64,000 bases of DNA from Azolla caroliniana (Eukaryota > Plantae > Polypodiophyta): assembly GCA_043228905.1 (NCBI GenBank), contig JBHGNT010000014.1, positions 12,586,001 to 12,650,000 of the forward strand, given 5' to 3'. Under the pieces are notes generated by a model that worked only from the letters and a program-made list of their open reading frames with translations, had not been told where the DNA came from and did not search any database. Positions 11,667-25,587 of this stretch are shown piece by piece. A program made the translations under genes and the position numbers. The stretch's first letter is position 1. Every line of letters starts with the position of its first letter.

Positions 11667-12226
11667 AAGATGCAGCCCGATCACTATGTGTTTGTGAAGA
11701 AATTCGACGAAGGAGATTTCCTGAAACTCCTCCTATATGTGGATGATATGTTGATCGTCGAACGAGACCAAGGCAAGATTCGGATGCTGAAGAAGGCTCT
11801 GAGCCGGACCTCCTCAATGAAAGACTTGGGTCTGGCAAGAAAGATATTGAGAATGCACATCATCTGAGATCGGTTGAAGAAGCTGTTGTGGTTGTCATCG
11901 GAGAAGTACGTGACAAAGGTGCTTCAACGGTTCAATATGTCGAAGGCGAAACCGGTCGGATTGACACTTCCAGCCAACTGCAAGTTATCCCGAAAACAAA
12001 GCCCGAGGACAAAGGCGGAGAAGACGGATATGATGAAGATACCATATGCCTCTGCAGTCGGAAGCTTGATGTACGCGATGGTATGTACCCGGCCGGATAT
12101 CAGATATGCAGTCATAGTGGTGACCCGGTTCATGAGTAATCCCAGAAGAGAGCACTAGAACGCGGTCAAGTGGATACTCCGATATCTGAAAGGCACCTCG
12201 AGTATGTGCCTCTAGTTCGGCTCAGG

Positions 12227-13107
12227 TGTCGTGAAGATTTTTGACTACAGTGAGAAAACCGGGAGGGACAAATAAAATGGGGATGTGCAACATTGCACAT
12301 GCACTTGTAAATTTGTGTAATAAGAATAAGTAAACAAAATGTAATGGGAAGGGTAATAATCTAACGTGCTAAAGGTGCACCACGAAGTTCGTAGAGGCAT
12401 AAATGTGATGTGCACTTTGTAGAGTAAAATGAGTAGTGAGCTCGTGTAAAAAGTAAGAGAGAGGAGAGGTAAAAGTAGAGGGGAGACAAGCTAAGAATTT
12501 ATAGAGATAGAATCATGTATTATACAAGAGAGAGTTAATGAGCTAGTGGATAGTCACATTGATTTATGGCTAGAGGTGCACGGTTCAAATCTAGTCTTAC
12601 AGTGCAGTGTGATTTAAGGAATTGTATTCCTTTTCTTGCATTAAAGACAAAATTGGCGACCCCCCTTCCTTTTTTCCTATAAAACGAGGTCAAGGGGGGC
12701 TCATTTGGGGTTGCCTATTTTGAATGAGAGAGGTATACCACTTAGGTCGAGGGGTTCTATTCGGTTTTAGGAATTCTTCTAGGGTTTTCTTCTTGGGTTT
12801 CCTTTAGGGTTTTACTATGCTTCTTTACTTGCTCATCTGGTGAGGGTTTTCTTGTAGTCGTTTTGGTGCGGCCTATGCGGCCTTGGTTGTAATCTTTTGT
12901 GAACTCTTAATATAGCATGTTGATTTTCTTGTCTTGTGGGTGTATCTTGCCTCCATCTATTCTATTTTATGTTTATGTGTTATTCTTCCTCTTCTCCTCT
13001 TGAGCTAAGCTTCCATTTTGTGTCTTATTCCTTCTCCTCTACTCCCTAGTCCAAGACCCCCGTGGTCCCACCTCGGATCCTACACGTACCCGCAGATTAC
13101 CGCGACA
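12227..13107. mobile_element. Solo LTR (about 880 bp) inserted in copia A between RT and RNase H
   Basis: Termini TGTCGTG...CGCGACA with imperfect flanks cagg/ctgg. Removing it restores FGSGNPQLDGFTDSD. An internal TATAAA and a pyrimidine-rich tail are present. Confidence 0.8.
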
Positions 13108-16100
13108 CTGGTAATCCCCAACTTGACGGATTCACCGATTCGGATATATTGGCTGATGTGGATACAAGTCGGTCTACATCCAGATATGTCATGACTTATG
13201 CAGGGGGAGCTATTTCGTGGCAGTCGAGGCTGTAGAAGACGGTTGCATTGTCAACCATGGAGGTGGAGTACATGGCAGCTATGGAAGCCGGCAAGGAGAT
13301 TATTTGGATGAAGGACTTCATCGGAGAGGTAGGGATCCAACAGAAGGAATATCGGCTCTATTGCGACAGTCAAAATGTCATCCACCTTGCAAAGAACACG
13401 GCCTACCATTCCCGAACGAAACATATCCAGTGGAGGTACCACTAGATCCGGGAGAGAGTAGAAGATCAAGAGTTCGTGCTGATGAAGATCCACATGGAGG
13501 AGAACGGCTCAGATATGTTGACCAAGGTGTTGATAACTCACAAGCTGGACGCGTACCAAAAGCAGATCGGGCTAGTGAGACTCCCATACCGGAGTGAAGG
13601 GGGAGATTGTTGGGAAATCGGTCCCTCTGGATGGGATCTGATTATGAATGAAGAGGACCCGGCGAGAACCGGAAGAGATCCGTAAATCGGATCAGATGGA
13701 CTCGGTGAGAACCAGAAGAGATCCGGAAACCGGATCGGATGGACCCGGTGAGAACCAGAAGAGAAGACACATTTGTAAATATGTTTTGAGTAAGCCTAAT
13801 GAGGCTATATTTGTAAATAGCCCTAAGTTCATATAAGTATAAATATGACTTAGGGCAATCACTCTGGAGTGTGTCGTCATATATTATTGTTGTTGTGCAT
13901 AACTGTTGTATAGAGAGAGATAGAGAGAGATAGAGAGTGAGATACAAAACAATTTTTGTTGTAACCGCCGGTTGGCGAAGATAGAGAGCTTGAGGTCGTT
14001 GCCTCCAAGTCTCTGATTGTACCTTCCTCATATAGTGATAGTTTGGAGTCCGTGGGCTCCCGTGGTTTTTCGCTATTAGGGTTTTACACGTAAACATCCT
14101 GTGTACTTTCTTTTGGTGTACGAGTATTCATCTCTATTCCCATTTCTGTGTTTGATCCTTAAAGCAAGTGATCTAAGACTCAGTTGTGGCCGAGCAGTAT
14201 TCCGGGCTATTCTTTACATCCTCTGTTGTCCACGCAAACCGCCTTCAGCTTCCAGCCGGTTTCCCTTTCCACTCTCGCATGAAAGTCCTTGAAGATGGAA
14301 GATACCTGGTCCTTCGTTTTCAATGGTGAGACCCACAACATCCGCTTGTGGTCGTCTATGAATGTCACGAAGAACTGCGATCCGGCCTGTGACTTCGTGT
14401 CCACTTGACACACATCGGTATGCACCAGCTCCAGCGGTGCATTCCATCTCATCAGTGGTCTTTTTTGGAAGGAGTTTCTGTTTTGCTTGCCGGCCAGGTA
14501 GTCAGCGCACTTCTCAAGTTGCACGTCCTTCATCTCCGGAATGAGGTTGTCCTCGGCAAGTTTCTGCATCCCCTTCTGGCTCATATGACACAGTCTCTTG
14601 TGCCACAACTCACCAGTAGTGTCAGATTCCACATTCACTTCTTCTTGGCATATCCGGGCATGCATCAGGTATAGTGTGTTGATCTTGCAGGCTCGAGCCA
14701 CGATCAAGCTTCCTTTGCTGAACTTCATGACTTCATTACTTGTCGCGATCGCCGACATTCCTCTCCTTTGCGAAATCTTCTTCGATTCCGGAATGTCGGA
14801 TCCCCTTTGGTTTTCTAGAAGTGTCGGCAGATCTTCTGGAAGTGCCCTGGCTTTCCGCAATAAAAGCATGGGGGCCTCCCCCTTGACTTTGATTTTACTC
14901 TTGTGAGGGACAACTATTTTCCTTCCAACTCGCCGTTGCCCAAAGTGACAACTAGCGTCTCCCAACTATCTGGGATGGAACCGAGCAGGAGCAACGCAAG
15001 TACCTCATCGACTAGAGGTACTTCCAATGAGGTTGTTTGATTTATGAGCCCCTGGAATGCATTCATGTGCTCTGCCATGCTGGATATGTCTTGGACCAGA
15101 GTCTCACTAACTTTCAGAATACTGAAACCCAATTTACGGTGTTCTTGCTCTCTAGCATGGTACCGATTTTCTCCCAGAGCACATGCGCCTTACTTTCTTC
15201 ATTAAAGTTGTTATACAAGATCATGCCGATGAAGCATCTAATGTATGCTACCGTCTTCATATGCATCACCAACCACGTTGTGGCATCGATCTTGTCCGGT
15301 TTCTTGTCCCCGAACTGTTCCGGCAGCCAAAGATCTTTGACCACGAGCATGTCCCTCATCTTCGATTTCCACACTGGGTAGTTGGAGCCAGTGAGCTTGA
15401 ACATGCTTCCAAATGACTCTTCCATTCTCTTCAAGGTTTAGAACCTTTGCTATGATACCAATTTGTGCAGAATAGAGCTCGGCAGCAAACGAGTCCTAAA
15501 CTCAATGGAAGAACAAAACAGAAATGGAGATTAAAACACTTACATAGACAATAGAGAGGACACGGGATGTTTACGTGGGAAAACCCTAATAGGGAAAAAA
15601 CCACGAGAGCCCACTGACTCCAACTATGACTATAAGGAGAGGATACAATGTCATTCTTAGAGGCAACAACCTTGAGCCCTATATCTTCGCCAACCGGCAG
15701 TTACAACAGAAAAGCTTTCTATATCTCACGCTCTCTCTCACTCAAGATCTCTCTACCTCTATACACTTATTCAACACAACTATAACAACATTATCATGGT
15801 GGTTGCCCTAAGTCATATTTATATATATATGGCTTTGGGACTATTTACAAATATAGCCATGACAAGTACATTAGAAACATATTTACAGATATGTCCCTAT
15901 ATCCGGTTTCTCCACCGGATCCATCCGATCTGGTTCCCATCTAGAGGGACCGAATTCCCAACAGGTTAGAACCGCTCACTTTGCTGGTGGGGATCAAACC
16001 ATTTCTTGCTTGCACTCCATTTTAGTTCAAGTCTCGCTCCACTTTCCTTTAACGCTCAAGATCGATTTCGATCACACCTTCTAGTTTTCGTGGGGGTCAC

Positions 16101-16254
16101 AACCGCTCACTTTCTTGGTGGGGATCGCGTCGGTTTCTTATTAGCACTACCGTTTGTGCCGTGCTCTGGGTCAACCTCGACTATTTACCCTCTCATGATA
16201 GAAGTCGAGCCGACCACGTCACCTGCACTCCTTCACTCATTGTTCTTCCAGTTC

Positions 16255-16680
16255 TTGGTGAGAACTGCACATGGTCGCTCATGCCCGTTCTTCTTCTAAT
16301 TCTTGGTGAGGGCCGCATGGTCGCTCACTCCCGTTCGTGTTCCAGTTCCCAGTGAGGGCTGCATGGTCACCCATTCGTGTTTTCCAGTTGTCGGTGAGGG
16401 CCACATAGTTGCTTACCTGTTTGTGTTCTAGTTCCCTGTGAGGCCTGCATGGTCGCTCACTCTCGTTTGTGTTTCAGTTCCCGAAGAGGATTGCATGGTT
16501 GCTCATGCCCATTTGTATTCCCGATGAGGAACACATATCGTCTCTCACATCTGTTAGTGTTCTAGCACACCCGTTGAGGTTCCAGTCTCCAGTAAGGACC
16601 ATACAAGCTCGCTCAAGTCCGTTGGTGTTCTAGTCTCCAGTGAGGACAACATTTGGTTCCTCACTCCCGTCGGTGCTCCA
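16255..16680 (+). repeat. Degenerate tandem repeat of about 45-48 bp (gtgagggccgcatggtcgctcactcccgttcgtgttccagttccc) upstream of a PPT
   Basis: About 8-9 visible copies, followed by AAAGGGGGAGGATAA then TGTCA. This fits a retrotransposon 3' untranslated repeat. Confidence 0.75.
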
Positions 16681-16736
16681 ATTCCTATCCACCCCTACAC
16701 CACGTTTTCGAAAAGGTGGCCTAAAGGGGAGGATAA

Positions 16737-17350
16737 TGTCATGATAGAGTGATATCAAATCCGTAGTTAGTGAGAATTGAACCTACAACCTCACATCTAC
16801 AAGACGTCATGCCTACCCATTTCGATATGAGCATACACTTGTATTTAATACACACAAATAATTTAGTATTGTTATTCTAGCATATAGTACATTCCAGAAT
16901 ATTCTAGTCTTTAGTATATTCTGGAAATATTCTATGGTGTAATCTAGATGGGTATATTCTAGAGATATTTCTCAAGTATATTCTAGAGATAATCAATCTC
17001 AGGACTTGTATAAATACTTGTAACCTCCTTGGTCCCTTTCAAGGGATTCAACACCAATCATTGACACATCAATCTAGTATTCTCCTTTCGCCCCATCTTG
17101 TCTCTTTGATCTTTATCTCTGTCTTCATGCTCTTGTGTTGTTCCCAGATTCTTAGGTTCTACGCTCGTAGCCCCATCATCCGTGCTCCATCCCACCATCC
17201 GCGCTTGGTGTGTCCATGTCAGTTTAGGGTTTCCACGTAAAACCTGTGTATTTTGCGTATTGTGTATACTATGTCTATTTTTTCTTCTATTTCTGTATTG
17301 TACATTTCAGTGCATCTTTCAAAGATCTACGGTCTATTCCCCATCAGACA
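16737..17350 (+). mobile_element. LTR (TG...CA) following a polypurine tract
   Basis: PPT at 16722-16736, TGTCATGA start, TATAAATA at about 17010 and ...ATCAGACA end. Confidence 0.6.
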
Positions 17351-18290
17351 TTACCTGCGGGGCCGGAAATTTTCGTTTCACGTACACCATTCGGCACTAC
17401 TATACTTGGTGTCAAAGGCCTCGCTAAATGGAAAATTGGCACAATGGACCCTCCTGTTACTAGAATTTGAATTTGACATCTACCATTGGCCCAAGGTACA
17501 GCACACAGTTTGGCTCGAATCCGGCGAAGAGGGCGATGGTGTTCGGGATGATTTTCCAGACGGACAATTATTTAATATCGAGGCGGCGGACCGGGCCGAT
17601 CCGACGGGGTCACCAGAGGACCATTGGATACTCGAGATGATGCATTTTCTAAGTACCAAACTGGCATCTAAAGGCATGGACCGTGACAAACAAAAATGGA
17701 TGGCAGTCCGAAGCCGACATTTTTGCCTGGTCCAGGACACCCTATACCATCAAGGAGTTGACGGAATATGGTAAAGGGCAGTCGGAAGCGATGAGAAAAC
17801 CTGGTGTTATGAGAGGCTCATTGTGGGGTAGCCGGCAGTCACTATTAAGGAGACACAACAACATGGAAAATTTGGCGTAGCGGACTATGGTGGCCAACCA
17901 CCCTTAAGGATTCGATTAAATGCAATTTGTGCCAACAGATGGGCCAGCACACAGAGAAGGCAAGGATGCCACATCAACCTATATTACCGTTGGAACCATT
18001 CCAGTAGTGGGGAATAGATTTTGTTAGGCATTTGAAGCTAGTAGTAGCACGAATCGAAAATCGTTATATCATAGTGGCCACATATCATTGCACCAAATGG
18101 GATAATATGATGGCATCCACGACGAATATTTTTATGCGAAAATATTTGGTGCCAGTTCAGATGCCTAATCGAGTTGATCAGTGATCAAGGCGGACACTTC
18201 ATCAATCAGGTTGTGGATATCTTGACACAATATTACGTCGTAGTACATAAAAAGAGTACTTCGTACTACCCCAAGCAAACGGGAACATGC
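17351..18290 (+). pseudogene. Ty3/gypsy RNase H-integrase fragment
   Basis: KLAQWTLLLLEFEFDIYH, GLWWPT, CxxCQ and WGIDFV-like motifs, broken by stops. Confidence 0.75.
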
Positions 18291-19059
18291 CAAGACAGGA
18301 CAACAACGCCAGAACCAGAGATCTAGGTTAAAAAATTGGAAATGGTTGTATCAGACGCAGTGATGGAGGAGAATCAGAGAGAAGAACCCGTTGCGGGAAA
18401 TGAACAAGGGGAGAAGGAGTTAGAAAATTTAAAAGAAGACATAACTGGCCAAGTAGCTGTGATTGAGAAAGAGAAACAGTTGCGGCGAGTAGCCGAAGAA
18501 GAGAAATAACAGATAGACGAAGGCCTCCATAGGGTCCAAGGAAGCGTGGACCAGCTGAAGGAAGAGAAGGATGTGATTCATCGGGAAAAAGAAACCATCA
18601 AAAGAATGGCTGAAACGGAAATTAAAAGGCTGAGGAGGAGCTCCGGAAACAAAAGGAACGGGACGACCAGTTGTGAGCACAGACGAATCGACGCCTAAAG
18701 GACAAGCAAGCTGATTTCGAGAAACTCTATCGAGAACATAAGGAGCTGGAAAAGGAGTACGACTAGCAACAAGAGAGGCTCAGAGAGGCACGGGTAGAAG
18801 TTAAGGAGAAGGCCGAATCGTTGATGTTGGAGGACTGAGACCGGTTGCTTGGATGTTCTAGAGAACTACTGACAAAAGTACAGACCACTTACCAAACTCG
18901 GTTGGTGGCATATGAGGTCTAAGCAATAGTAGCGGCACAACAGATTAAGTGGTTTAAACAGTAAAAGCAAGACATGGAAGAGAAGACAGAGATGGGGATA
19001 AAAAGAATCTGGATGATTGTCGACAACTAGTGGAAATGAATGAAGGAGAAACTTGAGGA

Positions 19060-22014
19060 ATGTTCTACTATGATATGGAAGGAATGGTCAACTGATACAA
19101 GGAGCAACTTGTGGCCAAAGGCTACGCGCAGCAACACGACATTGATTACAATGAGACGTTCACGCCGGTCGCCAAGATGACGATCGTCTAGGTGTTGTTG
19201 GCAATAGAGGCGATGAAGGGATGGTATCTACACCAGATGGATGTCAAGAATGTGTTCCTACAAGGAGACCTTGAGGAGCTAGTGTATATGGTGTAGCCCC
19301 CAGTTTTTTAATCCAAAGTGAATGAGTTAGCCATCTACTGACTAAAGAAGTCCCTTTACGGACTGAAGCAAGCCCCTTGTGCTTGGAACACGAAGATTAC
19401 GTAGTGATTGCGAAAGATGGGGTTTGCTCCGTCAAAGTTGGACTCTTCACTCTTCATCTGGCAAGGTCGAAATGAGTCGGTCATTATACTACTGTATGTT
19501 GATGACCTAGTCATCGCCAACGCCGACCTGGAGGACGTTAGCCATGTGAAGTCCCAATTGGTGGTATCATTCAAAATGAAGGATCAGGGGGACCTTCATT
19601 ACTTCCTTAGGATCGAAGTAATCCACACCTTGGAAGGCATACTGATCAACCAACGGCATTATGTGTTGAGTATGCTCTTCAAGTTCGGAATGACGGATTG
19701 CAAATCTGTCTCAACTCCTCTGGACCGAAATGTCAAGATTCGCCAAGGATCGGCACCGACATGCGACGCAACACGATTCTGGAATATTGTTAAAATTCTT
19801 ATCTATTTGACTATCACCCGGCTAGATCTGATTTATCTGGTTGATCTGGTTAGTCAATTCATGTCACAACCAATGGTGGAGCATCTTCAATGCGCGCAAA
19901 GACCTAGATATGTAAGTGGCACGAGATTGTTGTATCGGAATGGTGTATCCAAAGAGTTGTTCGGTACGCAAATGCCGATTGGGTAGGAAATGCCAATGAT
20001 CATCGGTCCATATCCGGATATGTGTTTTCACCTGGGAGCGCCATGATCACCTGGTGCAGCAAGAAGCAACAGACAATAGCATTGTCGAGCATTGAGGCTG
20101 AATATAGAGGAGCGGCTATCGCAACCTGCAAAGCTATGTGGCTAAGACAGCTATTAAAAGACCTGCGAGTGGAGGTGTCTGATCCGACAATGATCCACTA
20201 CGACAACCTTAGCAGTATCCAGTTAGCCAAGAACCTTGTCTTCCATGCTTGCACGAAGCACATTGAGGTGCGCGATCACTTTGTACGCAAATGGGTACTC
20301 TCTGGTGAAGTAGAGCTGGTGTGTGTTTAGACTGATCGGGAGGTGGCCAACATCTTCACCAAACCTCTCGACCTGGACAAGTTATGACACTTTTCAAGTA
20401 TGCTTGGCTTGCAGCACCTCGACATGCCGATCTTGAGGGGGAGAATTGAAAGCAGAATCGAGGCCAAGCATGAGAGAGATGAAGTTTGCAAAGCCGAATC
20501 GGATGTGGAATTCAATTTCGAGATGGCTGAGGAAGCCAGAATGTCTAGGACGGTTGGAAAAGCTAAGGACGAGTCGGACGAGAGGACAAATAGAAGAAGA
20601 ACAACTAAGTGTAGACTAGCCAATTGTAGAGGGAGCGGCCAAATGAGAGAGGCGAAGTTAGAGCCAACTGAACAAGGGGGAGGTAGAGTTGTGGAGAAGA
20701 AGGACACTTGGGAAGAGATAACCAACGACCGAGTTGAAGACGAATTGGAGACAACCGATTCGAACAAGAGTGGGAATGAATCAAGATAGCCAATTCGATC
20801 AAGAAGAATTATTCGAACGAGCCTAATCATATGAATGCCAAACAAATGAGAGGACAGTCGAAGCCGATGCCAATGCGGAGGAACCGACGGGTCACAGGGC
20901 ACTAATTCCGTAAGGGTAAGAAAGCCATTGAGAACCTTGGTAGTGTGAAAGTGATTTTAGAATTCAAGGTATTGGACACTACAAAAATATAAGGTATGGA
21001 GCATTCACATCCGGAGGGCAAGATCACAAACCAAGGTCTTGAGGATAAGTAAAAGAAGAAAAAAGTGGGCCACCAAAATACAGTCTACAATGAACGCTCA
21101 TAACTCATTCGTTTGTAATCCAAATATAATGTGCAAATATGGGTTAGAAAGCTTGTGAACAGAGCTATCCATAAATTTGGAGCTCGAACGAGGGAGATAT
21201 GAAGATTAGAAGGTAGTTGTGACATAGCTAAGAATAGGAGATGGAAAAGCTCTAAAAAAACCGTGGAAAAAAACGCAAGGGAAACTTATCTAGTAGAGGA
21301 GAACTTCATATAAAGCAAGAAGAGTAAGGTGGTGGAAAGGAGGACTCTCTTTCTTGTGGTGATTTCTTTCCAATTCATGTAGTGTTGTTTGAATTCTTAT
21401 CAATAGATATTTGTAGTTGTATCTTCTTTCTCTCTTCCTTCTTTCATGATCAATAGATCTTTGTAGTTTTAGATTTATATATCTTCTTTATCTTTTCTTT
21501 CTATCATCACTCTTTCAGGCAGCAGACAAGGCGACTATGCAGGTCGAGGAGTGTGGGACCGATGAGTTGTGATGTGCAGATAAGAAAGGCAAGCAGGCAG
21601 GAGAAGTCTAAGAGAACGGCTCGAGCTGACGTAAGTTGAGTTTTGGGGGAGTGTTGAGTGACAAGCTCAACATGGGCCGGATCGGCTGAAGAAGCCGAGA
21701 GCCAGATCCGACAAAGGCCGATTGGCTAAGCCGGATTGGCGGGAAGCCGCCAATTCGTTAGGACCAATACTCCTATTCATAGTAATAAGAATATTTTTTA
21801 GAGTCAGTGTTAGATGATCAAATACTTGAGTCAGCGCATGTCCGAGGCTTGTATAAAAAGTGCTCCATGAGCACATTCTGTGTACAGAGTCTATTCTTGT
21901 AATAGAGATTATTGTCTACTCACTCTGTCTTTCCCACAATACCTTTGTGTTTACCTAACTGTTTGTTTTCGAAGAACCGACTCTGCACTCTGGGTCTCGC
22001 ATAACACTTCCACA
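19060..22014 (+). mobile_element. Ty1/copia 3' half (RT-RNase H remnant, long 3' region, PPT and 3' LTR 21652-22014)
   Basis: QMDVKNVFL, LYGLKQAP, LLYVDDL, SKKQ..ALSS.EAEY, TKHIEV; then GGGGGAG followed by TGTTGAG...CCACA. The LTR is related to those at 50418 and 63416. Confidence 0.8.
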
Positions 22015-25000
22015 CATATCTCTTTTCACCCTTCTACAATGTTTTTTGCTTACCTCAAGTGTGCATTCAGTCAACCCTTCTCTCCATCATTTTGATGAGC
22101 TCAATGTCATAACACCTTTCTATTGGATCTTGGCAATTGAGAAGGCCTCGTCAAGCCATTGTCACCACTTGTCAAAGTGGTTGCACGCCTTTTTTATGGT
22201 AGATTACACCTATCTCTAGCATCAACCACTTTGAAGGAAAATAGAACTTTACTTGAGTCTAGGATTGCCTGATCAAGTGTCGAGTGACACCTGAACTATT
22301 TCTTGAACTCTTGAATTGTTGTGGTGGTGCTCATCCCCTTCCCAAATGACCTCAAATAATGCATTACATCTTTCTTTGTCATCTTTCAAGAGTCATCACA
22401 ACCATATTCTTCATACGATCATCTCCATGGCTTTTTCTAGATAAACCATGTTGTCTCTTTCATGGAGCACCCACTTCATTGTCGTAGACATCGTAGGGGT
22501 AAAATTCTTCCTTTGCATCGTGAACCTCTCTTGCTCGTCTTTCACATCAGGTTCACCAAGGATGTTGTGTAAATGTGTGCACATGTGCTACTCAAGCAAA
22601 ACAAAGGTTGACCTCAACCAGGGAAGATGTGATGTTGTTAAAGAGTTACTTACTCTTTTTGTGGGCACGGAGCCACTTTTGTGGATTCCCTTTCTTGCAA
22701 TCCCTTTGAAGTTTTCTCTTGTGTAATGACCTTCGTGCAATCCCATCATGCATTGACTTTCGTACAATACCTTTGCGGATTGGCTTTTGTGCATTACATT
22801 TACAATGGATTTGACTTTCGTGCACTCCCTTCATGGATTGATCTCAAGGAATAACCTTCGTGCAATAAATTTGAGAATAAATTTTCAATCAACTTAGTAT
22901 ATGGATTAATTCAAAACTATGGATGATGATGTAATATAGTTCCTAATGAGATGTATTGGATGAGTCATAATGACTCTTTAAGAATCTTTTAGAATAGACA
23001 TAGTATCTTTTTAAGTTTTTTATTTTATTTTCTACTTTTTCCTTATTTGTCTTTGATCATTAATAGTCTATGTCAATCCAACTTTATTAACATTCACTAA
23101 TATTGTTAAATCCCTCATGAATCACAAAGACCATCATTATAATTATAATTAATCATAGTGTCAATTGAATATCTTGCACTAAACAAAATGATATTGAACT
23201 TAGGGACTAGAACTAATCACATTAGCTTGAAGGTGAGAACCTATCTCAAGGGTTCCTTCAAAGAAAAGAAACTTTATGTGTTTTTTTTTCCATGAAAGAT
23301 ATGCCTTGGTATTATAAGATCACAAGGACCAAGTACAAAAGCTGGAGAAACTAACATAACTTTTTTTGTTTTTTTCTCTTGTATAATTTTACTTTTGTAA
23401 TTCAATATTTGGAATGATAGTCGGATTAAGAAAAAAACCGAGCTTTGTCCTCTTATTCCAAACTACTTAAGATTAATCTAAGAGAATAATCAATGTTTCT
23501 TCAAAGTGCATTTTAACCCTCATTTGTAATGTCATTGCTAGCGTGGTATGCAACTTTAGACTTCATGACACTCAATTCTAAATCTTCTAGTACTTGTACC
23601 TTTGAAAAATGGATTTGGCACTGTTCATGCAAATGTTCATACTACATACTCAGATCATGTATGTATATTTGATCAAATTTCACATTACAATTGACTACGC
23701 TTTCTAGTTTTCACAACACTAAGCCTCCCCATCACCACCTTTACATATTACATGTTCCAATATGACACGACGTTTCGTGATAATGAAGTCATAGTAAAGG
23801 TTGAAAATACATTTACATACATACAAGTGGCTACAATAAAACACATTACTTGAAGAATAAATGTGTTCATTGGGTTTAGGTCAAAACTCCTGGAGATAAT
23901 TCGTCACAAGACTTATGTTTCATGTACATATCAACAATTATGTTAACTATAATCAATTCTTTCATAGGCTTCAATACAATCTAAACAAAAAAGTTTTGAA
24001 TAATGACATTGTATTCATGGAAGATAAATTGAATTCAATATAATACCTAGATCACATACGAGTTTCATTATAAAGTTATTTGTACCAATGTTTGATGTGA
24101 TATAAGTATGTAATGCATGTCGTACTTATTCACATCAATGGCGTATATCACCTACTTATACGAGAAGAAGCTTACCCTTAATGCATGATTGCTAACATGC
24201 TATTGGAGTGACAAAACCTACCTATGCACACTAATGGAGTGAAAATAACATAGCTCGAGATAATAATGAGAAAGTAATCCATGAAAATATACGAGTTCAA
24301 GAAAATGCACATTTTGAAAAAATATGAGGGAACTAAGAGAATTTATACCTTTTCAGTTCCTCTAGGATGTAAGTATGCCCTATGGAAAAAATATTATTTG
24401 TGGTGTTCATAGCTCTAGTTTTTCATCGTTTCACACATTATTTACAACTTCATTATGTTGCCTATGGCTTATTACATATGCAAGTATCTAGTTGAAACTC
24501 TTTTAATTGATCATCTACAAGTTCTACAGAGCTAGTTACAACTATGCATCTTCAATAGAGGGACTGAAAGGAATGTGATTTATTCTTGGATTTGGATGTG
24601 ATTCAATCTTCATACACTCTAGAACATGGTTTAAAACAAATACATATCTCTAGCATAAATGTAGATATAATATTGAACTACTTTCCATATTAGCGATGTT
24701 TGTACATATTGGGTATAGGGTTGAAAGAAGTTTAGCATTCAAGGGATTCAAGACGGGATGATTTGAATATGGATATTAGCCCACGACTTAGAACATGGAC
24801 TTAGTACATGTTTCTAGCTCAATCCTTACATGTGCGTGAGATGCTGTATGGTAATAATATGATGATTGGAATGTCTATAACCTACACATTGGTCAAGAGA
24901 GATGACATCATGTTGTTTTAGGGAGATAGTCAACTAATAGCATAGAACCATGATTTGGATGTCTATGACTTGCATATTCAGTGCGGGTAGTCACATGATG

Positions 25001-25587
25001 ATGCTCCTCGAGCTTGTTATCTAGGTAACCTATTCTCTTTGGTGCAAACATGTTACTAAGGGCATGAAGATATAGCGAAGGGGAGAACAAGAGTTGAATC
25101 CGAGTAAACGGGTGATTAGCATGAAATGTTTTAGGCGGTTTCACATGACTGACCAACTTTGCCCCTTGTGTTTTAATCCTCGATACAATGCACTGGACAT
25201 GGATGAGTTGTCGCAGGCTTGGCGCGTGCAGCATCGGCTCAACTTTCTAATGACCTGGGCTTGCAATAAGAAGATGATGCAATCCGAGTTGGAAGATGTG
25301 TGAGATGTCCATATGGGTTAGCGTGGCACAAGGCGGGCCGGGCATTTGGGCGGGCAAATAATAATAGGAAGGAAAGGTTTTGGTCTACTCTTGGGCCATA
25401 TGGACCCATAATTATAAAGGAGAAGGTTCAACCTTTGATCCCACCGCTCATAGCCTTATATGTCAAAACCTTCCTTCTCTCTTCCTCTCTGTATTGTCTC
25501 TCATGGATGAAAGAGACAGAGAGGGAGGGGGTGAGGGTTGAGGGTGAGAGGTATAACCCAATTAGAACTAAAACCCTAAATAGAAGA

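Larger units (their letters stand above)
8517..13606 (+). pseudogene. Copia gag-pol polyprotein (gag, protease, integrase, RT, RNase H) with stops and frameshifts
   Basis: WVVDSG protease, WHKRL and HTDVC integrase, KARIVVKGF / QLDVK.AFLHG / LYGLKQAPRQWY / LLLYVDDML RT, and STMEVEY..YCDSQ..RTKHI RNase H. Confidence 0.92.
8277..14218 (+). mobile_element. Ty1/copia retrotransposon A, near full-length, nested in copia B
   Basis: 5' LTR 8277-8487 (internally deleted), PBS TGGTATCAGAGC 8491-8502, PPT GAAGGGGGAGA about 13596-13606, 3' LTR 13608-14218, and a 5-bp TSD TCCTC on both sides. Confidence 0.92.
7620..15963 (-). mobile_element. Ty1/copia retrotransposon B (degenerate, 3'-truncated), interrupted by copia A
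   Basis: 5' LTR 15464-15963 (TG..CA), tRNA-Met PBS 15449-15460, gag MEESFGSMFKLTGSNY (15114-15434) and integrase ELVHTDVC..DNRG|EYRG. The integrase is split exactly at 14219/8276. Confidence 0.85.

Noticed and set aside
25300-25587. N-terminal extension of the glutaredoxin ORF
   Set aside because: It begins at a GTG and spans promoter/5'UTR-like sequence (GGGCC motifs, CT/GA tracts). The family-typical start is MGCVSSK at 25588.
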